Shown here piece after piece: positions 9,596-21,533 of a stretch of DNA of 64,000 nucleotides. Location: positions 12,183,356-12,247,355 of the forward strand of contig NC_057754.1 of assembly GCF_004010195.1 (NCBI RefSeq), in the 5' to 3' direction. This DNA comes from Chiloscyllium plagiosum. Its lineage: Eukaryota. Position 1 is the first letter of the stretch. The number at the start of each line of letters is the position of its first letter. The notes under the pieces were generated by a model. It saw nothing but the letters and a program-made list of their open reading frames with translations, was not told where the DNA came from and ran no database searches. The position numbers and the translations under genes were made by a program.

Positions 9596-12500
9596 ACATA
9601 GAGTCATAGAGATGTACAGCACAGAAACAGATCCTTTGGTCCAACTTGTCCACACTGACCAGATATCCTCAATAAATCTAGTCCCTTTTGCCAGCACTTG
9701 GCCCATATCCCTCTTAACCCTTCCTATTCATATATCCATCCAGATGCCTTTTAAATGTTGTGATTATACGAGCCTCCACCACTTTTTCTGGCAGCTCATA
9801 GGTCCCTTTTAAATCTTGCCCCTCTCACCCTAAACGATGCCCTGTACGTTTGGACTTCTCCACCCAAAGGGAAAAGATCTTGTCTATTCACCCTGTCCAT
9901 GCCCCTCATGATTTTATAAACCTCTATAAGGTCACCCCTCAGCTTCCGATACTCCAGGGAAAACAGCCCCAGCCTATTCAGCCTCACCCTGCAGCTGAAA
10001 CCTTCCAATCCTGACAACGTCCTTGTAAATCTTTTCTGAACCATTTCAAGTTTCACAACATCCTTCTGATAGGAGGGAGATCAGAATTACACGCAGTATT
10101 CCAAAAGTGGCCGAACCAATGTCCTGTACAACTGCAACACACACAATGACCAACAAGGGAAAGCATACCAAATACCTTAGCTACCCTATCTACCTGGGAT
10201 TCTACTTTCAAGAAACTATGAACCTGCATTCTAAGGTCTCTTTTGTTCAGCAACACACCCATGCCTTGCTATTCAGTGGATAAATCCTGCCCTGATTTGC
10301 ATTTCCAAACTACAGCGCTTCACATTTATCTAAATTGAACTCCAAATGCCCATCTGATCAAGATTCTGGCCTTGTCTTAGGGTATCTTCTGTGCTGTCCA
10401 CTGCCTCAAATTTTGGTGTCATCTGCAAACTTACTAACTATACCTCTTATGCTCACATCCAAATTATTTATATAAATGATGAAAAGTAGTCGACCCAGCA
10501 CCTATCCTTGTGGCACTCCACTTGTAACAGGCCTCCAGTCTGAAAAGCAACCCTCCACCACCACCCTTCTACCTTTTGAGCCAGTTCTGTATCCAAATGG
10601 CTAGTTCTCCCTGGATTCTATGTAACCTTGCTCACCAGTCTCCTATGAGGAACCTTGGGAATGCCTTACTGAATTCCACATAGATCACGTCCACTGCTCT
10701 GCCCTTTTTTTTTGTTACTTCTTCAAAAAATGCAATCCAGTTGGTGAGACATGATTTTCCATACACAAAACCATACTGACTATCCCGAACCAGTCCTTGC
10801 CTTTCCAAATACATGTGAATCCTGTCCCTCAGGGTTCCTCCAACAACTTGCCCACCACCGAGGTCAGGCTCACCAGTCTGTAGTTGCCTGACTTTTCCTT
10901 ACCAACTTTCTCAAATAGTGGCATCACGTTAGTCAACCTCCAGTCTTCCGGCATCTCACCTGTGACTATCGGTGATACAAATATCTCAGCAAGTGGCTCA
11001 GCAATCAGTTCCCTAGCTTTCCGCATAGTTCTAGGGTGCACCTGGTCAGGTCCTGAGGATTTATCCACCTTTATGCGTTGTAAGACGTTCAGCACCGCCA
11101 CTTCTGTAATTTTGACATTTTCCAAGATGTTGCTGTTTATTTCCCTATGTTCTATATCTCCCACATCCTTTTCCACAGTAAACCCTCATGCAAAATACTT
11201 GTTTAGGTTCTTTCCCGCCCCCCCAATCTCCTGTGGTTCCACACAAAGGTTGCCTTGTTGATCTTTAAGGGGCCCTATTCTCTCCCTATTCCCTTTTTGT
11301 CCTTAATGTCTTTATAAGATCCCTTTGAATTCTCCTTAACCCTTCTTGCCAAAGCAATCTCAGTCCCCTTTTTGCCCCCCTGATTTCCCTCTTAAGTACA
11401 CTGCTACTGCTTTTATACTCTCCTAAGGATTCACTCAGTCTCTGCTGTCCATACCTGACATATGCTTCCTTTTTTTTTGACCAAAATCTCAATTTCTCTA
11501 GTCCCAGCATTCCCACCACCTACCAGCCTTCCCTTTCACCCTAACAGGAACATATTGTCTCTGGACTATCAATATCTTATTTTTGAAAGTTTCCGATTTT
11601 CCAGCCATCACTTTACCTGCGAACATCAGCCCCCCCCCCCCCCAATCAGCTTTTACAAGATCTTGCCTCGTACCGTCAAAATTAGCCTTTGTTCAATTTA
11701 GAACTTCAACTCTTAAATCCAGTCTCTCCTTTTCCCTCACTGCTTTGAAACTAATAGAATTACAGGAGCTGGCCCCAAAGTGCTCCCCCACTGACACCTT
11801 AGTCACCTACCCTGCCTTATTTCCCAAGAGTAGATCATGTTTTCCACCTTCTCTAGTAGATACATCCACATACTGAATCAGAAAATGTTCCTGTATTCAT
11901 GTCTGTATAAAAGACCTTAACACTATGGCAGTCTATGTTTGGAAAGTTAAAATCCCCTACCATAACCACCCTATTATTCTCACAGTTAACTGAGATCTCC
12001 TTAGAAATTTGTTTCTCAACTTCCTGATGACTATCCCTTTCTTTTTTTCTCCGTATCACCCAAATAATTTCCCTGGATGTATTCCCAGGAATATCCTGCT
12101 GAAGTATAGTCATAACGTTAAACATTAGTCAAAAACATCACTCCTCCTCTCTTTCCCTCTAATCTATCAGAAGGATAGAAGGATGTTGTAGGATACAAAT
12201 ACTGTCAGTCCAATCCATCCCTGAGCCACGCCTCTGTAATCGATGTGATATTCCATTCCCATGTTCCCAACCATACCATGAGTTCATCTCCTTTCCCTGT
12301 TTGACCTCTTGCATTGAAATAAATGAGTTTGTCAGTCCTATCTTGTTCACTATTTTGTTCCTGCCTGCCTTAACTGTTCGACTTTTCTTAATACTATCAA
12401 TCTCAGACTGATTTCTTACCTCGTTATCTCCCTGGGTGCCCCTCCTGTCCCATAGTTTAAATCCTCTCAAGCAGGTCTAGCAAATCATCTTGCCAGTGTA

Positions 12501-13580
12501 CTAGTACCCTTCCAATTCAGATGCAATCTGAGCTTCTTGCACAGGTCACTTCCCCCTGAGAAGCAATTCCAATGATCTAAAAATGTGAACCCTTCTCCCC
12601 TGCACCAGCTCCTCAGCCACACATTCATCTGCTCTATCCTCCATTTCATACCCTCACTAGCTCTAAGCACCAAGGTAATCCAGGTATTAGTACCCTCGAG
12701 GACCTCCTTTTTTAAGTTCCTGCCTAACTTTCTATGTTCTCTCCTCAGAATCTCGTCCTTTTCTCTTCCCATGTTTCTAGCTCCATTGTGTACAATGGCT
12801 TCCTGGTAGTCCCTCTCCCTGTTGAGAATATTCTGTACCCTCTCCAAAATATCCTTGATCCTGGCACCAGGGAGGCAGTACCCTATTCTGATGTCTCCTT
12901 GTCGGCGGTAGAAACCTCTGTCTGTGCCTCTGACTAGAGAGTCCCCTATCTCAGTCAATCATTTGGAACCTGTGATATCCCTTGTTACATTAGTGCCAGT
13001 GTCGGCATCAGAAACCTGGCTGTCAATACTGCATTCCCCTTAAAGTCCATCACCCTCTACATTTTCCAAAACAGCATACTTGTTTCAGATGGGGATAGCC
13101 ACAGGAGACTCCTGCACAACCTGTCTACCCCTTCTACCTTTTCTGAAGGTCACCCATCTACCTGACTGTATCTGTAGTTTTTCTCCCTTCCTATAAATAC
13201 TATCCATCATACCCCCAGCTCCAGTAAATACCTCATTGCCTCTCCAACCAATCTATGTGATCCGATAGGATTTCCAATGAGCACACTTCCTGCAGACATA
13301 ATCATCAGTAACATGGAAACTCTCCCTAACCTCCCACGTCTGACAGGAAGAGCATGCCACTCTACTAAGGGCCATCTTAGCAGTCTACAAACCCAGAAAA
13401 CAGCAGTCTTACTGCTCTTAAAAAAACACTGCTCCAGATTAAATTAGTACCAATGTTTTATAGTTTTTAAGTTTAATTAAGAGACAAATCTAAATAAAAC
13501 TTTCCATCAAAAAGGAGCCCAGTCTACTCACTAGTGTAAATTTACAAAGGAAAGGTAAGGTTACACTTTAAAAAGCCACT
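9596..13580 (-). mobile_element. Near full-length but disabled CR1 LINE (ORF1 SGNH-esterase-like, APE endonuclease, RT)
   Basis: In order on the minus strand: IGDSLVRGTDR...LPGARIKD...LHLN (12485-12958), VMVGDFNFPNID, DKSSGPDQVHPR, GKSCLTN, VQKRFTRTL, then the CTCTATGA tail. Many frameshifts. Confidence 0.9.
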
Positions 13581-14521
13581 TAGCTAACAAAGGTGGCTAA
13601 CATGGTCAGCTATGAATTTCACTGTTGGTTAATTTTTTTTCAATGATTCTGGTGGTTTGGAGATACTTGAAATCAAACAGCAGAACAGTTAGCTTTGTGG
13701 ATTCACTGCTGGGTAAGACAGTGTATTTTGCTGTTTGAACCAATTCCCATGTAGTCATTGGCCTTTGTTTTGGAAGAAGGAAGATAGACAATGCAACAGC
13801 TTATCAAACTGTAATTACCACTCATAGAATTGACGAAAATACATCAAAAAAAAGCAGCCACAATTTTTCCCATCCTCTATCTTGGATTACCCAGCAAAGG
13901 AAACTGAGTATTTTGTGAACTCAGCCCACCTGCCCCCTACTGCCTCCCCCGAAGTGATTGATTGATTCCATTTTGTAGTCCAGATGCTGCTTCTTGTTTT
14001 TCCTGGTGCACTTTGCGGGTCTTAGCGAAGGTGCAAACAGTTTTCTGAAATCTCTGCTTTCACTACTCAGCTGCTTTTGCTGTTCACTGAGAGTTTGAGC
14101 CCTGGAGAATCCAGCAATGACTGTTTCTCTTTACTTGTGAAAGGCCCAACACATCTACTGTGGGACAAGGTATTGTGGTTGGAATAGAAGTAGTGTGACA
14201 GGTACGCGTTTGGTTTTGGGGGTGAAAATAGTAAGAAGAGGGGAGAGCTTTGTATGGAGCCCCCTGTTACCTATCCCTTTTCACTTAGCAGCATCATACC
14301 CCAACTCTACCTCAGAGCAGATTGCTGGTGATCAGTAACATTTTATAAGCCCACGGATACAAGATCTGTCATTCTGTATAAAGCAGCAGAAATCTCCTGT
14401 CCCACTGTGGTCAGGGCTTGCACTGCCATACTTCAAGCTCCGTGAGGCAACCCTCCTGCCTATCACAGACAGTATCTGGAACCTTTGCCAACTTTAAAAC
14501 CCAATTCACTCCTTGCCTTTC

Positions 14522-14682
14522 TACACAAAAACAGAAATTGCTGGAAAAGCACAGCAAGTCTGGCAGCATTTGTGGAGAGAAATCGGAGTTAATGTTTCAG
14601 GTCGAGTGACCCTTCCTCTGAACTCAGCAGATACTTCTATTTTTGTCTCTGATTTACAGCATCCACAGTTCTTAGTTTTTAT
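14522..14682 (-). mobile_element. Penelope-derived repeat with degenerate hammerhead motif
   Basis: Minus strand 14620-14588 reads CAGAGGA-AGGGTC-ACTC-GACCT-GAAAC-ATTA, followed by the ATGCTGCCAGACTTGCTG...TTTTCCAGCAA tail. Confidence 0.65.
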
Positions 14683-14954
14683 TCCCCTTTCCAAATAGCC
14701 TTTCTCACTCACCCCACTTACATCACTCCAGGCTTTGAGCTGCCTACAATACAAGTTCCAGAATTTCCTCCTTAGACATCTCTCTCATTCAAGATAGTGT
14801 GTCATTAAAATCGATATCTTTAATCAGCATGTTCATCACCTGTGAGGAATCTTAGGAGAGTGACAATGTGACAGGTTCCATAAACTGTACGTTGTTGTTG
14901 TAATAGCCTTACATTGGGAGAATCAGGAATGACATACTGCTTCCCCATCTCACA

Positions 14955-16589
14955 ATACAGAGGGTGGTGGTGGAGGACGGTTGCTTTTCAGAGTGGAGGC
15001 CTGTGACCAATGCTGTGCCAAGGATTGTTTCTAAGTCCACTGCTTTTCGTCATTTATAAAAATGATTTGGATGTGAGCATAGGGGTGTGACGATACTGCT
15101 CCTTTAACAAGGTTATGCTGTCCTTGGATTTTTTTCAGAGAGATCGTAAAAGACAGACTCTGAAAAGTTTAAGTTGAAGGGTTTTAGGGCCAGTTTGATT
15201 ATAGCTTACAGATACTGCCTCAGGCATGTTTAAAAAAAAAACTTGTAAAATGACCAGTTCTCCCGGGCTGAGGTTTGGTTTGGGTTTTAGCAGTGAAGCT
15301 TTGTAGCTGCTGGACCCAAAGAAGCAGGTCCATGCTGATCCTCCCTCTCTCCTGTAAGACCCTGTGTTTGATTTTACCTTTTGTGCCAAGGGGTGTTTGT
15401 GGGGATTGTTGCAAGTATCGGGAATAGCATCATGCTAATCTGTTGGGGTTTCAGATAGTTTAGGTTATTCTGTATTTTGTTTTCTGTTGTTTATATTTCT
15501 TTCAGTAATCTTGCAAATAAATTCTGTTTTGTTTAAAACAAAGTGGTCTGACCAACTGCATCACTTCTGGAATATTCACTGTACACCTGCTTAAAGCAAC
15601 TAACAAAATTTGGGTGACTTTCTTGAAATGTTTTTGAGTCTGGCCTGTTCCTTAACAGGAAGTATGGTTAGTAAGTTTGCAGATGATACCAAAATTGAAG
15701 GTGGTGTGGATGTGCAGAAGGTTACCTCAGAGTACAGTGGAAACTTGATCAGATTGATCAATGAGCTGAAGAGTGGCTAATGGAGTTTAATTTAGATAAA
15801 TCTGAGGTGTTGCATTTTGGAAAGGCGAATCAGAGCAGGACTTATGCGCTTAATGGTAAGGCCTCTGGGCAGTGTTGCTGAACAAAGAGACCTTGGAGTG
15901 CAGCTTTACAGTTCCTTGAAAGTGCAGACTCAGGTTGATAGGATAGTGAAGAAGGCATTTTGTACACTAGCTGTTGGTCAGAGCATTGAGTATAGGAGTT
16001 GGGAGGTCATGTTGCAGCTGTACAGGACATTGGTGCGGCCACTTTTGGAATATTGTGTGCAGTTCTGGTCCCCCTCCTATAGGAAGGATGTTATGAAACT
16101 TGAAAAGGTTCAGAAAAGATCTACAAGGATTTTGCCAGGATTGGAGGGTTTGAGCTATTGGGAGAGGCTGAATAGGCTGAGGCTGTTTTCCCTAGAGCAT
16201 TGGAGGCTGAGGGGTGACCTTACAGAGGTTTGTAAAATCATGAGGGGCATGGATAGGGTAAATAGACAAGGTCTTTTCCCTGGGGTGGAGGAGTCCAGAA
16301 ATAGAGGGAATAGGTTCAACGTGAGAGGAGCAAGATATAAAAGGGACCTAAGGGGCAATGTTTTCACACAGAAGGTGGTGCGTGTATGGAATGGGCTGCC
16401 AGAGGAAGTGGTGGAGGCTGGTACAATTACAGTATTTAAAAGGCATCTGGATGGTATATGAATAGGAAGGGTTTAAAGGGGTATGGGCCAAGGGCTGACA
16501 AATGGGACTAGATTAGGTTAGGGTATCTGGTCGGCATGAACGAATTGAACGAGTCTGTTTCCTTGCTGTACATCTCTATGACTCTATGA
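14955..16589 (+). mobile_element. CR1 RT/3' fragment interrupted by a solo LTR
   Basis: ORF 15817-16461 is the CR1 ORF2 C-terminus (LYRTLVRPLLEYCVQFWSP); CTCTATGACTCTATG tail. Confidence 0.9.
15086..15657 (+). mobile_element. Solo LTR (572 bp)
   Basis: TGTGACG...TTAACA ends, AATAAA at about 15515. It splits CR1 GATGTGAGCATAGG|...|GTATGGTTAGTAAGTTTGCAGATG. The 4-bp TSD is degenerate (GGGG/GGAA). Confidence 0.7.
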
Positions 16590-16591
16590 AC

Positions 16592-16765
16592 TCTCACCGT
16601 CACTCCGAGCTGATGAACAGCAGCAAAAACAGAAAGCATTGCGCATGCTTCAGCTCTCAGTGGTAGCCCATGTGATTGACGTAAGCTCTGGTCCATTAGG
16701 AGGGTAGAGGGTGGGCCTGGAGGACTGAGCGGAAGCACTGCTCCTCCATCCAATCAGAGTGAGTG
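16592..16765 (-). promoter_or_regulatory. Decayed inverted paralog of the 1.2-1.4 kb promoter
   Basis: Minus strand has ACTCTGATTGGATGG, GTCAATCA, GCATGCGCA and GGAGTGACGGT in the same order as 1246-1387. Confidence 0.65.
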
Positions 16766-17379
16766 ACAGAAGGAATAGTGGATGTCACGTAACTTGTCGT
16801 TGTCTGCACTATTGCTTTGTGTGAGGCTCGAGCACTTACAGAAAGATGCAAGGCACAGTAAAGGAACAGGGGGGGGTGTGTTGATGCTGGCGGAATACTT
16901 GCTTTAGGTAGCATCACTGCTGCTGTTACACTTTAGGTACTTAGTGGAGGAGCATTGCGTGTAAACCGGTTACAGCTCCGTGTTACCTATGGCAGACTCA
17001 ATGTAGGAAGCCCTGCTTTAAACATTATGATCTGTCAAAGCATATCCATTTGTTCAGTGTTCATCCAATTGGGATTGGAACACTGGAAAAGCTCTCATTC
17101 ACTTCTGTGCTACTTGATCAACTCTTTGTCAATATCTGACTTCCTCAATCTCTCATCATGGGTGTATTTTCACTCTGCATCTTTCTGGTGGGGGAGTAGG
17201 GTAATTTGAAGAGGAGGATTTACACACTGCAAACTGAAACCAAAATAAATGTTTGTCATTTCTAGACAATCTGAGAGGTTTGTAAAATCATGAGGGGCAT
17301 GGATGGGGTGTTTCGAGGGTGTTGCAAGATTTCTATCCTGGGCTGACAGTGACTTTTCTTTTGTGAATTTGTTTTGCAG

Positions 17380-17520
17380 GAAAATAATTGAAAATAAATT
17401 GCAGACCAGGATCCCAAAACCAGTTCTGACAGTAAGTGGAGTCATAAGGATCTGAATATCACTGGCATTTAACTGTGGAAGGAAAGAGGTTTGTCTATTC
17501 TGTCTGTGGGAAAATATTTC
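17380..17520 (+). pseudogene. Relic of a ZNF terminal-exon 5' end
   Basis: Acceptor TTTTGCAG, then CTGACAG...ATCTGAATATCAC...GTGGAAGGAAAG, similar to 21373-21465 and 31270-31325. Translates VEGKRFVYSVCGKIF. Confidence 0.6.
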
Positions 17521-17819
17521 TGATATGTTTGTAATTTGGATATTCAGATTTTTGTTTAGATTACCCTTGGTTGTGTGCTCAGTTCTGGGCCCTGCAGCTG
17601 AGGAAAGAGAAGGGGAGCACAGATTTATCCAAATTACACCTCGTCTCTTTGAAGGCACTGTCATATTTAGTCCCAATCATCCACTTCCTGATTTTAACCC
17701 ATAAATTCCTCATTCTCAAATACCTGCAAATTTCTTTTAAAGTTCATTCTGCACTCAAATTCCAACACCCCTTCAGGTGGGATATTCCAGATCCTGACAA
17801 CTCTCTGTTGATCCAAAAA

Positions 17820-18060
17820 CTGCTGAAGTCCACGTTGAGTCTGGGGTTATAAAGGGCTGAATTGAAAGGTGAGATGTTGTTCCCTGAGCTCTCATTGAGC
17901 TGCATTGGAACAGCACAGGAGGCTGAGGGCAGTGTGGATGTGAACAGCCAATTAGCTGACAAGGCTGCACTGTGAGTGCCTCCTGGCTCAATGAGAGTGC
18001 TTTGGAATTGGGTGAAACCAGAGAGTGAGGTGAGACAGGGAGAAGTTAAAGCTGAAAGAC
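17820..18060 (-). mobile_element. Penelope-like GIY-YIG C-terminal remnant
   Basis: Minus strand gives LLCCSNAAQ*ELREQHLTFQF, resembling the PLE motif LLQC..EAQRKLEEQHLIFRL. Confidence 0.5.
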
Positions 18061-18229
18061 TCTTTGGTGTTCAGTCTCCGTTCAGGCTGTTCAGAAAGTC
18101 ACATGGTCCTAATGAAAACAGCCAATCGGTAAGTGATACCTGTAGAGAACTTTCTTAGGGTTTAAATTATATATCAACTTAAATAAAGTCAGGCACTTTT
18201 GATTACAATAGAAGTGTTTGAAATGAAGG

Positions 18230-20465
18230 GGCAGGTCCCAGCTTAATTAAAATTTCTTAAAGGGAGTAACTAGCTGAACCTGGAGAGAAGTTTTTTGACC
18301 GGAGACCTCAGACCCATGGTGTGCTCTCCTTGCAAAATGTGGGAAATAAGGGATGCTTCCAATGTCCCTGCTGGCTACATGTGCCTGAGGTGTGTCCATC
18401 TGCAGCTACTGGGTAACTGCTTTTCACAGCTGGAGCTGTAGATGGAATCACTGCGGAGCATCTGTGAGACTGAGAATGTTATGGACAGCACAGTTAGTGC
18501 ATTGCTTACACTGCAGGTGAGGATTTCACAGGCAGAAAGGGAATGGGTGACCATCAGATAAAGTAAAAGGCTTAGGAAGGAAGTGCAGAAGACCCCAGTG
18601 GTCATCCCCTTCTGCTTTGGGTACTGTTTGGAGTGAGGTGGTGAGGGGTGGGATAGCAGCATCAGCCAAGTTCATGGCCCCACTGGTGGCTCTGTTGTAC
18701 AGAAGCGGAGGAAAACAAGCAGCAGGACTATAGTGGCAGGGGATCCAACAGACAGACGTGAATCCAAGATGGTATGTTGGAGCAGCTGCAGGACCGTCAG
18801 GAGTGGGAGGGTGAACAACTACACCTAGCTACCAATGACATAGGAAAATAATGGGGTGAGGACCTGAAAGCCGAAGAAAAATATTAAAATACAAGACCTC
18901 ACAATCTAGTAATGTCAGACTTACAGTCAGTGCTACGTTGTTGTAGGGAGAAATATTGAAGAGGAGTGTTGAGCTGTGTGTTCAGCTGTACAAGCGACCT
19001 TTATTCAGAGCGCTTTTACCACACATGGAAGTGACCAGAGCCCTGTCTGAATCTGGCTTTCACATGGGGGCTGTCTGATTTACACTTCAGATTGGAGGAG
19101 AGGTTAATGATACTCAAACCTCCCTGGCTGAATACAACATTTTTGTACCTTTTAGGTGACAATATTTACATGCAATATTGATGTCATAGTTAGATACACA
19201 CCCCTAACTAATGCATTCAATCCAGTACACATACAATCGTAGATAATACTATGGATAGCCCTAGGTCCTCCCATAATCTCATGATATTTACCAGAAATTT
19301 TCTTCATCTGTCTTTGGGATGTTGCAATCAACCCTATTATGAAGTGACTACAATTCTGCGACACAGCTGAGACATTCAGAACAGCCCTTTCTCACGTCAG
19401 TCTGAGAGATCAAACAAACAATCCTTCTGATTTGTAGCTGCAGTTTACAATTCCTGCTGTACGCACACTGTAAGTAAATTTTAAACTAAACTTTCATTTT
19501 TAAATAAATCTTTACTGTTACTACTCTAAATACTTTCCATTATTACTTTCTTTTAAAAAAAACATCTATTCAAATTCCAGTGTTTTGTTTAATTCTGTTA
19601 AACAATATTTGTTTTTGACTCCATAAATAACTACTTTGTATTTTGTAATCTATCTGTCTCTCTTCCCTTGATCTTTGCATGTAAGAACTTGTTCAAATTA
19701 TCCACATCTGCACTTGAGCTTTGATTGTTTTTGTCTCCTGCTATCCTGACCCCTCTCATTTTACAAGCTTTCTTTCCCATCTTCCTGTGCTGATGATCTT
19801 TTCAGGGTTGTGTTTACACCATTTATTGCTTTGTCTTCCCTAATGATGCCTTCAAACATTTGCTCAATGAATGCAACTAACCCTTTCACATTAATTTGTT
19901 GTTTGCATTTCTAGCTTACCACTACCCAAACAGTTCAGAATGCTGTGGGATCCTTCTACTCTTTAATTAACAACAAACTTTGGACTGGGGCTTAACTAGG
20001 CCTTTCAAAAATGCTTGTTATTAAAAATGCTGATGTGTTTTGAACTGTCTGCTTACAGAAACCAAAGTAAATTCCCTAATGTTTCTTCTCACCAGGACTC
20101 TTTTATGACCCCCACAGGACCTTTCATTATCTATTCCAGTAGCTTTGTATGGAGAGCACAAGTCTGACTGAACAGCTGCTTTCTGTAGCTGCCAACCCTT
20201 TTGGCCATGTTTAGTCATGGACAGCTATAACACGTGTTGCTCAGAGCACAAAGAAGGGAATAGATCAGCTGAATGTGTGGCTGGAGAAATGGTGTACCAG
20301 AGAGAGTTTAGATTCCTGAGGCATTGGGACTCTTTCTGGAGAAGGTCTAACATGTATAGGCCTGACCACTTGCTCCCAGGCAAAGCTGGGAGAATATTCT
20401 TGTGGATGCTTTCGCTAGTTCGATTGTGAGGGTTTAAACTAGTCTGTCAGGGGGGATGAGAACCA
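18230..20465 (+). mobile_element. CR1 ORF1 region split by an LTR-type insertion
   Basis: CR1 ORF1 zinc-knuckle/esterase remnants at 18300-18938 resume at 20233 (EFRFLRHWDSFW). Confidence 0.65.
18939..20232 (-). mobile_element. LTR-type composite insertion
   Basis: Outer ends TGTTGTAG...CTATAACA (7/8 inverted repeat). An internal 201-bp unit 18939-19139 has TGTTGTA...TACAACA and a minus-strand AATAAA. The TSD is ambiguous (CGT). Confidence 0.5.
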
Positions 20466-21533
20466 AAGTGTAGGCTTGGACTTATCAGACTCTGATCAGG
20501 AATTTGGAAGTAGAATATTAGTTGGTGATGCAGTCAGTGGCTCAGAAAGACAAAAGAAAGGAAGATTTAATAAGGATAGAGTCTCTCTTCATACATCAGT
20601 CCTGACATCCCAGAAATCAGTCTGGTGATCCTTTATTATTCTGTCTCAGTAGCCAGGGCATCCTTCCTTGGGAAGGAATAACAAAGGTGTCCACAAGATT
20701 CCAGGTGTGGTCTCACCAAAGCCCTTCCAGAAAGATATCCCTGCTTCTGTACTCGAATACTCAAACTATGAAGGCCAACGTATCATTTGCATTCTTCACT
20801 GCTTGCTGCTCCTGCCTGCTTCCTAAAAGAGAGAGTCACAGAGAAACATGAGACTAAATGTGGTCAGAGTCTCTGATATAATACTGTTGAACTCAATGTT
20901 CTTATCTTGTCCATGTTGGTCATCAAGCACCTATTTACACTAATCCCATTTTCCAGCAGTGAGCGTGCAACCTATATTGCAGTGCAATGGGTGACCATTT
21001 AAACATTTTGTAAAGATAACAATAGTTCCTGAATTCGTCACCCTTTTGGATGCTTCAAGACCTGCTGTGTATCTCCATCTTTTTCTGCTTTTATTTCAGG
21101 TATTTTGTTTCTTATTCTTAGTCCTTCAAATGGATCAAAAGGTATGGAGAGAAATAGGAATTGGTTTGAGCTGCAGATGTATAAAACGTCTCTGCTCCGT
21201 ACCTGTCTTTTCCACCTCTCTCTATTTCAGTAGTTTTGTGCAGACACTAACTTGTTCCCTTCCCTGAAGGATATTTATGAACCAGTTCAGTTTTATCTCT
21301 CTCTCTCTGTCTTTTTTTCCTCTTTCTTTCTGTCTCTCTAACTTTTTTTTCTGTTTGAAATTTTGATTGCAGTTAGAGAAATCGACCAAAACAATATCCG
21401 GATCTGACAGTCACTCTGTTTGCAATGACCTCAGTATCTCAGGATTTTGAACATTGAAGGAAAAAACCCTGTTCGCACCAGGGAGAAACACGTACTGTTT
21501 GTGTGTGAAAGGGTCTGTGGCGATTCATCTGAA

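Noticed and set aside
12485..12958. SGNH/GDSL-like esterase gene
   Set aside because: It is the known CR1 ORF1 esterase domain within a disabled LINE.
13929..13982. CTCF-like (CAGTAGGGGGCAG, -) and ACTACA motifs; similar CTCF-like hits at about 33415 and 50111
   Set aside because: Short motif matches expected by chance; not supportable without data.
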